Assembly: GCA_002633005.1 (NCBI GenBank)
Contig: NMRA01000040.1
Location: 1,268,604 to 1,332,603 of the forward strand
Source: Phoronis australis
Lineage: Eukaryota; Animalia; Phoronida
DNA length: 64,000 nucleotides
Direction: 5' to 3'
The notes under the pieces were generated by a model. The model saw only the letters and a program-made list of their open reading frames with translations, was not told the origin of the DNA and did no database searches. Positions within the stretch are counted from its first letter, which is position 1. Each line of letters starts with the position of its first letter. The position numbers and the translations under genes are program-made. Of this stretch, positions 1 to 12,130 are shown piece after piece.

Positions 1-474
1 ACTTTGTATGCACCTTTTCATTTTGCGCACTCTCGTTTTGTACGCATCTTTTCGATTTACGCATTCGCAGCTTCTACGCATAACTATGATGACGCTCATG
101 GAAACCAACACAAATGTTCAAGAATAACTGGCCACTTTGAACTAAGAAAAATAGGATTTCCACATAATAAAATTATGAATTTCGACAGAAAGAACAATTG
201 TTATCCAAGTCCACGAAATAACGAAGGGTTTGTAGTGCTTAGGATTATAAATTAACAAAAAACGCATCGTCCATCCAACTATTCGTTCAAGTAGGAAAAC
301 GTCCAATTTGTATTTCAAAACCTGTTCAATCGGCGTTCAGTTTGAAGACAGTTTAAAAGAATAAATAAAAAAGTTAGAACGTATAAAAAGTTAATTAACA
401 TAACGATAAAACTGCCTTCATTGCCCGAACTGGACATTACGTCACAGTGGAGGGTTCAATGTTTTCATTCCCAT

Positions 475-535
475 TTGAAAATTAATTTCTAATGAACTGT
501 TGAAATTGAATATTAATTTCTAATGAACTTTTGAA
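475..535. repeat. Two-copy tandem duplication, period 31 bp
   Basis: ATTAATTTCTAATGAACT occurs at 481 and 512 with similar TTGAA flanks. Confidence 0.8.
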
Positions 536-3500
536 TAAAATATGGCATCCAAATAACAAGTTTATAATGCCGTGACCATGTTCAATATAAAGTAGGTAAT
601 TAGTAAGTTTAAAACGCAGCCCATATCTACGCCTGTAGGGGTGTCCACTATACCCGTTTTAAGTATAAGGGCGATGGAGATAAAACAGGCAGTGACGTAA
701 TCGGCTGAGAAAAATCGATCGAATTGAAACTTCTGATTGAGTAACTGCTTAGACAAAGTCGTAATGATCAGGGCTGCGGGGGGCCGGTTTGGAATAAATT
801 TGCATTATGCAAGACATCCGCAAACCTACTTAAAAGGTCAAAGTGGCATGTCCGAGGGTTGTTCGAGAAGACCACTCGAAGACAGCGGAGAAGCACAAAT
901 AGAGAGGACTGAACAGGGACTGGTGTGGGCCTGTATACGGCATGGAATAGCTAAAAGTATCGTTAGTAAACTCGTTGCAGCTAAAAATCTTGACGAAAGT
1001 TCTTTCGTTCACTATAACGTAAAATTTAAAAACAATGAAACGTTCATTATTTCCATTGTACATGGCTGAGTTTCTCTAATTGTTTTCATTATGGAAATAT
1101 ACTGAGCAATAAATAAGTTTAACCTCGTTAGTTTATTTGTTACTCTCAAATCCAAATCAGGACGAAGTTCTGAAAACCGCGGTATCGAAAACTTGTCAGT
1201 AGCATATTAATTTTTTTTTGGTGATCCTTACAAAACGCTATCATGAAAAGCAGACAAAGCGTTCGGGTACAAAAGCGAGTCCTCGATTGTAGTTTAGAGA
1301 CAAAAACAAAAAATCAATACACAAATTAGACTCGTTCGTTGTTTTTTTAAGTCCAAGAGGTGTCCAGTTCCTAGGATTTTCGTCCACATTTGTACTTGAG
1401 TACGCATCACGGGTCAGAGATCACGTACACACTGACTGACGCCTTCGAGATTTTAGCCCGAAATGCTATAACTACTGATTAGTGCCCGACGTCGATTTTC
1501 AACAAAATGATTAATTAATACATCTTTCTTCATATATTCTTTAATAAGTGTGATTTCCTTACATGTGACTGCAACAAAATGGGAAATAACGTTTTATAAA
1601 ATTGTACTGAACGTTTAGGGCTACTGACCATATGACATAAATTCATTAATCGACAAGGTTTCTATTTGATCTAGACGTTCAATTCCATGGCATGCTGATT
1701 TCAAAATTTCCATTAGCGGCCAAAGCGTTTTCCTAATTTAAATTATTGAAAATCAAAGGGAGACGCACAGTCTACGCGAAATCCTGCTCGGACGATAAAA
1801 AATGGCTCATCCACAATCTTGATTTATCATCTGCTCCGGTTAAGGCAGACGATCGAATTAGAGAGCGTGTAACTCGATGCTATGATTACACCATAACTTC
1901 CGTCTGATTTTATGTCACTATTAAGGCGATCAAACGCGATCGTAAAGACCCAAATAGTTTGGTTTTCATTTAGTTGAGAAGGATGTCAACGCGGTTGCAA
2001 AATGTCGGAAACATAAAATACATATGGCGAAGAGAAATGTTCTTCTATTTAAAGCGGCACTTCGCCTTGTCTGGAAGAGTAAAAAACGGAAATCTAAAAT
2101 CGGTCTCACAACGATCCAGATTCTACGGTATAAGGGTTGGCCAACGGTAAAATAGGTAATTCCAAGGTAGCTCATGTACGCATTGAGTTGGTAACCAAAA
2201 GGGATCCTATTAAATTGAGGAATATCATGAGACCGTTCTCCTGCAAGTTGCAAGCGCAATTCAATTTTCATTTTCCAGCTAAACAAGGAGAAATGCAACT
2301 CAAATCAACAAGTTCATTCCCATATACAAATGCAGAAATCAGTGTCCAGACACCCAAAGAAATACATGTCATAAAAAACTGAGTGCACTTCTCGTTTCAC
2401 AAATTGTAAATGTTTTACAATTTAACATCTATGTGAACTGAAGCTAACCAGATTCAATACGTAAAATTTGACCCACTAAACAAAACAGGGAGTTTTCAAG
2501 GAGTCACTTACATAGACCGCTTATTTAGAACTAAAACTTCCTTTAAACAATCCAGTTGGGTGCTGTGGCTACAATGAGAATAATTTACGGTACTCCGAAA
2601 GTAGAAATACATTTGAGTCCGAAAATGGATTTTAGTGCGTATAAATGTTAATAATTATTTTCAGCAATTATAAACTGCACGGTGATCTGTGTTCTAGAAA
2701 ACACAGCCAAGGGATAGGAGCCAGTTAGACAACTGTAATTTTACGAGGTATGATGCGATATCAGCCAAAATACAAGATTCCACAAAGACAATGGGAAAAT
2801 TCTTTAAAAAGCGACAGTACACTCGTGCTTTCCATAAATAAACAAGCGCTGACTTCGGCCATTTACCGTCGTAAAATTGATGTTTTTTCAAACACTTATT
2901 GTAACAAATTGACTATTACAATAAAAACGAACATAACCACTGATCTTTTCGAGTTCCTTAATAAGTTACGAGCCTTCTCTAATTCCTTACTAAGTTACAA
3001 GCCTTCTCTGACTTGCGAATGTATCACCAGACTAGTAAGCTTGTGAAACAATTTTAGTTTGGACACAGAAAAAAGCAATTACAAGCTCTTTCCAGGCACA
3101 GAAATCACACTTATTTTGAACAGTTTTAAGACTAATTCTATTACGTCAAGCAGCCAGAGCCGGACTTGTTTTTGACAGAAGGCACGGGTTTAACGCCGTT
3201 ATAAGTGGACAACTGGATACTTCAGTAGTGTCGTAAGGGTATACTCATTCCCCGTACTAAATGGAGTGCAACGACTATCCACTTATCATGTTCACAGGCG
3301 AACCGATGTCGACGTTACGCGCCATTTAGTAGCATTTACCGATATAGCGCCGTGCACAGGTGCTGGTCGAAACCGACCAATGAATCAAGGCAGACATGCC
3401 TTTTTTCAATCGAGTCACCGGTTCAGTTCAACAGGAGTGCACCGAGCTAGCCGGCCTGCCAAGCCAACCAATCAACTTAAGAAAAAATATACAACACGGA

Positions 3501-6500
3501 AATTTGAATAATGATTTTTCAATATAAAGATTTTGAATAAAAAAGGTGCTTACGGTGATTTTCTTGAAACCACAAGATAAATAAATAAATGTAAACAAAA
3601 AGGTTGCAAACAATTTGGCGCACAAATGGTTTTAACCTCTATTCTGAGTGAACGCAATGATAGCAACTGCTTCAAACATAGGCGTGGGCAACTAGGAATC
3701 AAAGGCAGAAACGTCACGTCAATGAATGCCTTAGCTTAGCTGAGTTTCATTCATTTTCAATATACCTCTAACACTTCCATTAATAAGATCCCTCTATCAA
3801 ATCATGTACTGCGATAAGATCATGTAACCAACAACGAAAGTTTACTCACAAACTATTGGAGTTGCTCACTTTGAGGTGCAGTGCTTGCCTTATTGGTCGG
3901 GCGGGCCCCACGCCCACCCTCTACTTTTGGGCATTGTTCAAGTGCTAATATGCCGTAATTCGGATGAGCAGTTCGCACCTTGCACTTACGTGTGCTAATA
4001 GTAAATTAAAGTCCCACACTTTTTTTCTAAAAATAACATCTAAGGCGGCGGTGCAAGAAACGAAATGATGGACACCATTTAGTTCAAATTACTAATACGG
4101 CGGACATTTCACACCATCTAAACGGACCCAAAGCACACGAAGGGTGAAACATTGAAACCGTAGTCGTCAACGAGTTAATCGAATTTCCTAAACACAACAG
4201 CGCACACGATAGCGAAACTGCGGTCTCTACCACTATACAGCGGTTCCGCCAACTTTTGTGGTAAAACTCAGTTTAATGTTCAATTCGCAATCAACAAAAA
4301 GGCAAATTCAAAAAACTTGGTGATATTGACGTTCTATTCACCACTAGTTTTGTATACAATCAACGTCAAATGCACACCAACGTTTATCAACACGCAAAAG
4401 TGTATCACCACAAAGTGTACGCATAGTTTAAAGAAGAGAAAAGCGCGCCAAATGTCACCAGTATTCAGATAGGATTATACTCAGGATTCATTCTACAGCA
4501 CTCACTACATTCTGTTTATGGAATAAAACAATGACGCACGAACAGTCGCATACTTAGATAATTCTCAACAGTGAGGTAATTCTACACGAAAGTCATTCAC
4601 CTACGTTCTATTAAAACCTAACTCAGGGACTTGAAAGAGCGCCTTTTGTTATGCGCTCTCTCTCCACATTCCGTCGAAACATCAACCTACTAGCTCTATA
4701 AGGGTGGAAGTGCTCTCGGAAACACGTTTTGGACATTTTTAAACATGTGACATAATTGCCGTAAATTTCTCATCTAAGGTCCTTTCATGAACCTTTGAAG
4801 CTGACATTTCCACCGCTCTAAAACTCGACCGGCTTCCCGTGATAAATTTTTACTGCTTGCAACTGGAGACGGCGATTGGGATTTATTCGTGGCCATGCCC
4901 GCTGTGAAAAAGCGAGTCTGTCCATAGAAAAACGGTTCAGATAAATATTATTAGAGGGAAAAACAAGCACATCGCCTGAACGCGAGGACGTGAGAATTGG
5001 CCGACTTTGAAGCTGTCAAAACTCAGAACTGTTCGTGGAATGCCTACATTAAATCTGTTGTAAGAGAAATCATCCCGAAAGGCAGGCAAATTATCAACGT
5101 TTTTCGACGATCGTAATTCTCTAATTTTATGACGGTCAACAAACGAGTCACTCGCATGTCGGCTACTCAGTTAACTATTGAAGTTAGATAGATTCCGAAA
5201 ACGAGCATCTTTCGTTCCGTGAGCAAAAAATGATAAAAGTCTTTGTATGTAGTAACATTGACTCGGCCATCTAGCCTCTTGGTAAACTTGAACGCCTGCT
5301 GGCGAAAAAAATCTACAGTTACTGAATCCGAACTTTTTATAACAGAATTTTAGCGAAACTATTTTCTAGGCCAATGTTCCCACCAACTAGTGCTTGTGTT
5401 CATAACATCAAACACGTAAATCGCCAACTAAAACCTGATAACGTTAAATACTACAGCCAACAATTTTGTTGTCGCTTAAAAGACCCTACAAATAGCTTTT
5501 CTCTACATCGATTTAGACAAGTGTCCAGTCGACAGTTGCCGTACAATGTAACAATCACCCCAGGTTTGAATATTCACATCGACACTACAATGCTACACTA
5601 TGTCGTCTGCGTTAATTCAATAAGTGGTCGTTTTAAAAATCAGCCCAATTCGATTAAACAATTGTTGGTCCTGTTGAGACAAACTTGTTCTTTCAATTGT
5701 GAAACCCGGGCGGCGCAGTTAGCGTTGAAATTAAAAGAAAACATTAGTAATTAGGCACCGAGTCTACAACAATAAGCCGCCACGTTCGATTATTTCCAAA
5801 AAAAAGTTTATGAACACTGCATTTTTCCGTGCTTTCAGTGAGACCTTCTGCTCCCCAACTTATCATATACAAGAAACACGGCCCACGAACAATTACTTGT
5901 TGATAGACACTCTTAGCTTAGTTTGACTTCAAACCCGCATGCATACTTGAAACCCAGACTCGAGATAATTACGTAATTCACTTGGCGGTATCCAGAAATT
6001 TTACATCAACGCGCTTTTTTGTAGCAAACCGTTGTCGCGCTACATCACGTCAATTACGTAATGCTTCTGCGAAAAAACAATTCCTTTGTAACTTTACAGG
6101 AAGTCAATGCAAATATCCAACGGGCAACTACACAAAAAACTTCAACATCATGTGAAAGACGCTACTTATAAAACATTCTGGAGTCATGTTTGGGCCTCTG
6201 AAACATAGGTAAAGTAAGCGTTCGAAATAATTTCGTACCACAAATAGCAAAATTACAGAGCCGTATTCTAACAATACACTACAGACAATGTTTAACGCAA
6301 CGTGTCAGATTCAATGTCACGGCTTCCGACATTGCCTACGCGTCTACTGCTAGAATACAGAATCATAATAATTTTCACGGCCGCGAAGACAACAGTAAGG
6401 TAACATCAAACGTCGCATCATTAGTCCAATTAGCACGTGCGCGAGAGAGACCTCCGAGTCGTGTTGTAACCAATCATTACTGTCTCCTATTGCCGTTGGC

Positions 6501-6766
6501 TCCATGAACGTGAAGATGTCAATTATACGGCATTAGCGAGAGAGGTTCGCACCTGCGCTCGAGACGTCATACAGTAGTTTCTGTAGGTATCTTCAATAAC
6601 AAGTTTATTGTCTGTACAACTATAATGACATTTCACCGCCAGGTGACGACACGGGCACTTTTGAAAACCTATATTTTATCTATTTATCGCAAAAATGAAA
6701 GGTTGGAAAATCGTTTTAAAAATATTTTAGATGTAACATCGCAAAATATTTCCTACAATACGGTGT

Positions 6767-7116
6767 TTAAGGGATATTTGCGGCGACTAAAGTAATTTTG
6801 TGGGGAATTTGAAGGAGCGAGGAATCGAACTCGGTTGCTGGCAGTAGCAGCCGAACGCTATGCCGCTGAGCTTAATCTCAGTCGATATATAACGCAGCAT
6901 TTTAAGCGTATTTAAATGCTAGAGACACGAGCGCTGATTTCAGCGAATGTCTGACAGAACTGGAAATTTGTGATAAAATAGAAATACGCAACGGCTTTCG
7001 GCGTTCTATTTTCAGTTGTGGTCAAAAGTAATAGATTTTATTCAAGCAGGCTATTCCGTCCCACAATAATTCCAAAACTTTTTCCTCGATCGTAAAACCG
7101 ATAATTGAGCCATAAG
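6767..7116 (-). mobile_element. TTAA-ended (Kolobok-like) non-autonomous DNA element with internal tRNA-like cassette, copy 1
   Basis: Minus strand CTGTCAGACATTCGCTGAAATCA...AATACGCTTAAA matches the 21365-21679 copy. It is followed by AGCTCAGCGG..TAGCG...GTTCGATTCC (about 6815-6875) and ends at TTAA 6767-6770. The right boundary is approximate. Confidence 0.55.
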
Positions 7117-7769
7117 ATAAAGTTTAAACATACCGATGACAGAATATTCTGGACAGCGAAATAACAGAAACGGCACCATACTTTTCACAACCAAGATTCC
7201 GTGCAGACTAACGAACACGGCTATAAATCCTAACCCCTCAACTGAAATCTAAATCATTGGCATAACTTTGTAGTTTGCGGAATGAAATAACTTTAGTCAC
7301 GGTCTGCGTCTTCAGAGAATAAAGACCGGAAACGCGACGCGTGCCGCGTTGAGACACTTGCCACTATTACAAAGTCGTTAGATAGGACAAGCGTACGTCG
7401 TTAGGAAATCGGAAACGAGTTAGGACGCATGACGGGTCGGCAATTGGCACTTTTTGTCTTAAATCGCACGATAATCACCCGTTCAATTACAGTAAATTAA
7501 AGGTATGGATAAGACAAGGTGCTTAGATAAACAGGCGAAGTCAAGTTGCAGATGTGATTTGTAGCAAAGAGGCCACTCGGTTGGCCAACATGTCGACAGC
7601 AGACGGCTAAATGTTCGCCAAGTTACACCATCGGTTGGACATAAAGCAGCCGTGAAGGCAGTTAACTGGCCACATTTTGAGATGAGCGGGAAATTAAGTA
7701 CAAAATGCGACACAAAACCAGTTGTTGAATCAGTGGCACTGTGAGGTTTTCGGTTATTCACGTGCACCG

Positions 7770-8227
7770 TAAATAGTAGGTTTATTTCATGTAGCAGGCC
7801 TCCGGTCCATATTACAAATGTATAATACATAGAGAAGTACAAGATTTTTCAAATCTAAATTAATTCATATCAAGGAACTCAATTCGACGTTTCTCAGCAT
7901 AAATTAAATATCTAGCAATTTTTCTCAGGACAGTTAAATCATGAGTCTGTAAAAAATTTCTGAAAAACTATCTCGTTCACCTTATCGTATCTTGGTAAGA
8001 ACAGCACACGTAGATCAGAATATAAATTACATTCGAGAAGAAAGTGTAATTCTGTTTCCTCTTTCCCACTGTCACAGCAGGGACATATTCTCTTCTCTCT
8101 ATCAAGTCCGCTAAACCTTCCCTGAAGAATCATTAAAGAACGCGCCGGGCATCTAAATCTTGCGAGGGCTACTCTGTGAAAATTATTTTCTAGACATGTT
8201 ATGTATTGAAGTACAAAAAGCGAAACC
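7770..8227 (-). mobile_element. 5'-truncated non-LTR retrotransposon (RTE-X-like ORF2 C-terminus plus 3' UTR)
   Basis: The ORF at 7939-8229(-) reads RVALARFRC...GRF...RICPCCD...ETELHFLLECNLYSDLR, the C-terminal zinc-binding region typical of LINE ORF2. The 3' UTR has a GGACCGGAGGCC stem-loop and AATAAA (7781-7786). It is flanked by direct repeats 7715-7769 and 8228-8283. The clade assignment is from recall. Confidence 0.8.
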
Positions 8228-8566
8228 AAACCAGTTGTTGAATCAGTGACACTGTAAGGAATTTCGGTTATTCACGTGCACCGAATATATTTTCTTGAAG
8301 ATTACAAAATATTTTAAGAGAAAACTAACCACTCCAAAATAAATTTCCCTGAAACACGCAAGAGTGGTTTAATCTGATTGAACTTCCTCCAAGATATTTT
8401 ACGCTTCACGTTATCTGGTTGTATTATTTGAAAGGTATGTTTAAAAACATTTCGAGCTACCTTTACTAATACTGTATTCAATTTATTACGTTCATCTATC
8501 CCGCTCATCCTTTTTCGCTGACATATTGTATTTTAATGAAGACGTCATTTCCTTAGGCTGACTTAC

Positions 8567-8925
8567 CCAAGCCAAGTGGACAGCCGTCGGCGTCGGACAG
8601 GACCGGGCTTTTCCTCTTCCTCGGCCTTCCTTTCTGGCCGCCGCCGACGCCGTTGAAGAACGGTATCTCTGGCGTCGTGGGCGAGTATCCCGCGTCTAAA
8701 AGTGGAGTCGTCGGCAGGTAATCGCCGCGAATCAAAAGTTCATAATGTGCCCGGCAGTAAATAGTGTCATTGTGCATTCCAAACTGGTCCCCTGTCGACA
8801 GCGTGCTGTTACAGCTAGCGCACGTGAAACAGTGGAGATGATAAACAGCGTCACGAGCTCTCATTACCAACTCGTTGGCAGCGATTCCATGGAGACATCT
8901 TGCACAACGCTTGATGGCAAATCGC
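8567..8925 (-). CDS. Lhx2/9: Lhx2/9 (apterous) exon: LIM domain 2 and linker
   Basis: Reads RFAIKRCARCLHGIAANELVMRARDAVYHLHCFTCASC...GDQFGM...IYCRAHYE, a LIM2 domain, followed by the family motif FFNGVG..QKGRPRKRKSP. Acceptor TTACAG|G at 8926-8927 and donor TTGG|GTAAGT at 8566. The exon is 359 nt, and its first base completes the AG of the preceding exon as Arg. Confidence 0.96.
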
Positions 8926-10009
8926 CTGTAACAACCACAGAACATTTCAGAGCACTAGCCTAATACAACTGAGGAATATAAAAATTGATCTGGCAAAATC
9001 CAAATTTGTTTCTTCAAAAACCAGGTTACAACAAAAATAGTGTTCCATGCCCGGTGTCTTTTCTTGGTACACGAAATGCAACTCGTGTTATTCTTTGTCG
9101 CTTTGAATCTACTTTAATACAAACTCAAAATCCGTGAAAAGCGCTTTTATTTTATGCTGGAGTACTTTCAAATTTGCGGTATTGACGGTCTAAATGTCTA
9201 ATCCTAGTTGGCACTAGAAGGTCCCAACATTAATGAAGTAAGTTCGACTCTGAACACTAAATGGCAAGTTTTTACTTGAAACAGCGAGTCATTTGCGTAA
9301 AACATTGCGTACAAAGCACAGCAGATACCGTATACAAGCAGAACCGGAACATCAAGTTAAATTTGGAGATCTTTTCCGAGTTCGGGAATTAGACCCCAGG
9401 TTCTAGAAAGGAATGAATATTCTAAGTAAACATTTTATTTAACGTATAAGAAGGATATCAAGACGTGTATTGAATTCAATATTTACTATGAAAGCGGCAA
9501 AAGGTAGGCATAAGACACGCGGAAAGCATGCGCGCGCATCAATATACAACGAATTAGTCACCGGCGCGTATAAGTTAAACTTTTAGACGCATGCGCTTAC
9601 ATCCAAAACAGTTGAGCAACATCTTACAAAAACAATAATTTAATTCTAATACGTAGACAAATTATCGTAAATACACGCATATCTTGTAGTCGGGAATGAA
9701 CTTTAAAAAGTTGATTTCTCACTAAGTATTTCATGAATATAAAGCAGAAGAATGTGCAATTTTTACATAAAGTAAAACTACCTCTAAAACGACCCAATGA
9801 AAGGTTCTTTATGAGATGAGCGCCTCTTAAAACAAGAGCGCGGCAAATCCTAACCGGATTACTTTGGTCAAACCCATCTCAGAAGGAATTAAGAGATTAT
9901 GTCATAATTCAGTGGTTAAAACCATTTGTTCTGCGTCACATTGCCAGAATAGAAATGCGCTTCAAACACGAACGATGAGAGAGAGGCAAATAAGGATTCT
10001 CTTTAGACA

Positions 10010-10091
10010 CTCATCCACAATCGTGCTTTGAGCAAATGTTTACAGACAAAATGTTGCCCTCCCCCCTTGTGATATCCTAGATCCGCCACTG
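10010..10091 (-). mobile_element. Truncated copy of the CAGTGGCGGATCTAG-ended non-autonomous DNA transposon (family A)
   Basis: The reverse complement CAGTGGCGGATCTAGGATATCACAAGGGGGG...CACGATTGTGGATG closely matches 11626-11708. Confidence 0.75.
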
Positions 10092-10341
10092 GTAAATGAA
10101 GTTTGCTTTTCCGACTATGTGTCATTATTGACAGTACTCACAGAGCCGTAACTCGGCTGCATTCCGTGCAGAAAGTTTCTTGCGAGAAAAGCCAGATCAC
10201 ATGAGATATCGCGATGCATTATAAGCAAAGCACGTGATCTCACAAATTTTACTCGCGAGTCTTGCGCCTACGAAACGCGCCCCTGTTAACACTTTCAAGG
10301 AGCATTTACAATAAAATTATTAAACTAAGGAAAATCGTACA

Positions 10342-10410
10342 CATGGGCGGCGCAGCACTTAAAAAAGTGTGGGCTATAGTCCCCCCAGCCCCTATGATGC
10401 GTCGCCCATG
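10342..10410 (+). mobile_element. 69-bp MITE, 13-bp TIRs, 5-bp TSD (family B)
   Basis: TIRs CATGGGCGGCGCA and TGCGTCGCCCATG (1 mismatch). GTACA is duplicated at 10337-10341 and 10411-10415. Confidence 0.8.
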
Positions 10411-11625
10411 GTACACCGTAAATCAGAGAACTAAAAGATGTTGATTTTTAATTTCGAAGGGAGAAGGTGAGTGACAGTTCCGCGGACAACCAAGTTTGAG
10501 AAGATGGCTTCCGTAGATTTCCCAAACGACAAATACTCGGTGACTGATTAAAGATGAGATTTCCATAATTTTGGACAGTGGGTGGGCGTTCATAACGGTA
10601 ATATGATTTCATTTTCTGCTTCAAAACCAACCTGAGAAAAGTGTATGTCACGTGGCAGCCATAAACAAAAACCTCGGAAGACATCTACAAATTTTTAAGC
10701 GCAAGTGCTTCAACGCCTTGGAAACATGTTTACAGTTTCATGGAAACTGGTGCAAGGGTTAAATTTCCCCGTTTTATCAAGATGTTTGTTTGCCTTCGAA
10801 TTCCAGGGTTGGTTTTCCTAAAAACCGCAGAGTTGTTCGTTTATAGAAATCGTTATCATAAACTAACATTATCGTTTAGTTAGACGTGCGCGACTTGACA
10901 AATGCTTGAAAGCCGGGTGACAACGATCAAAAATATTGTGACGTTTCGACATGATAACGGACTACCTGTCAACACATCGTCAGGAGATAGCGCACGGAGA
11001 CAAAAACAAGCGACATTTTGGGAGTGTTATTAACGAACTAGGTGACAGTGTCTTCCTAACACTGTAGGAGAGGTTATCAGTCTAAACCTTGACAAATTAC
11101 TTTTTCAAAAAAATATAGCTTCATCTTAGTGCAATTACATTAGAATTACTCCACCTCAGTCAGAAGTTAGAATCTATTCGGCAGTCCGTATCATACTCTT
11201 GACAAAGAGCGCATCGCTAGAAACGTGAGGATCATATTTTAATATATTTTAGTACCGACGCTCCTCATTTTATTTTTACTATTACTATTCTATATTCTTA
11301 TCCGACGGTAACTGCACGGCATTCCAGCATCTATTTGATTCATTTGCAAATAAGAATTTAGCGTAGACTTTGAAGTTCCGCCTTCGAGGATACATTCAGA
11401 GGTACATTGTGAAACTGTTACCAAGGGCAACTGACTGAGCGTCAGTTTTTATGCAATTTGATGAGGTACTTGTTTACTCGTTAATAACGTAATTTGTTCA
11501 TTCCACCATGGCACATACTGTAGGACTCAAAAAACGTATTCTTAAAGAGGAATGTCAAACGAAGTGGACAATAGATACTAAAGTTTACAGGTATGTATTA
11601 GACGATGTGGACCAGCTTGAACTAT

Positions 11626-12130
11626 CAGTGGCGGATCTAGCATATCACAAGGGGGGGCCCAACATCTTGTCCGGCTGTAAGCATTTGCGCAAACCACGAT
11701 TGTAGATGCGCATAGCACCAAAAAGGGGGAAGGTCGGGAGGGGGGCAAATCCCCCTCCCGCCCAGGAAATTTTTCTGTTTTTTCCTCTAAAAATCAAGCA
11801 TTTTCCTTGATTTCTGATGTATTATCCAAGAACAAAAAGGAAAAAAANNNNNNNNNNNNNNNNNNNNNNNNNNNNNNNNNNNNNNNNNNNNNNNNNNNNN
11901 NNNNNNNNNNNNNNNNNNNNNNNNNNNNNNNNNNNNNNNNNNNNNNNNNNNNNNNNNNNNNNNNNNNNNNNNNNNNNNNNNNNNNNNNNNNNNNNNNNNN
12001 NNNNNNNNNNNNNNNNNNNNNNNNNNNNNNNNNNNNNNNNNNNNNNNNNNNNNNNNNNNNNNNNNNNNNNNNNNNNNNNNNNNNNNNNNNNNNNNNNNNN
12101 NNNNNNNNNNNNNNNNNNAATCCGCCTATG
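11626..12130 (+). mobile_element. Non-autonomous DNA transposon family A spanning the assembly gap, 5-bp TSD
   Basis: Ends are CAGTGGCGGAT and ATCCGCCTATG. ACTAT is duplicated at 11621-11625 and 12131-12135. Confidence 0.8.
11848..12118. other. Assembly gap (271 N)
   Basis: Run of N inside a repeat element. ORFs crossing it are artefacts. Confidence 0.99.

Noticed and set aside
6815-6875. Functional tRNA gene (also 19367-19443 and about 21570-21625)
   Set aside because: The acceptor and T stems do not pair properly, and all three sit inside a repeat family. Treated as tRNA-derived sequence.
1-8566. Lhx2/9 homeodomain exons (KRMRTSFKHHQL...)
   Set aside because: I saw no matching peptide on the minus strand by eye or in the ORF track. 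They presumably lie left of the window, so intron 3 exceeds 8.5 kb. TBLASTN would confirm.
8553-8945. ORF-track 130-aa protein as a standalone gene
   Set aside because: Its ends (MFCGCY, KSA*) are intron read-through. Splice sites delimit the real exon at 8567-8925.
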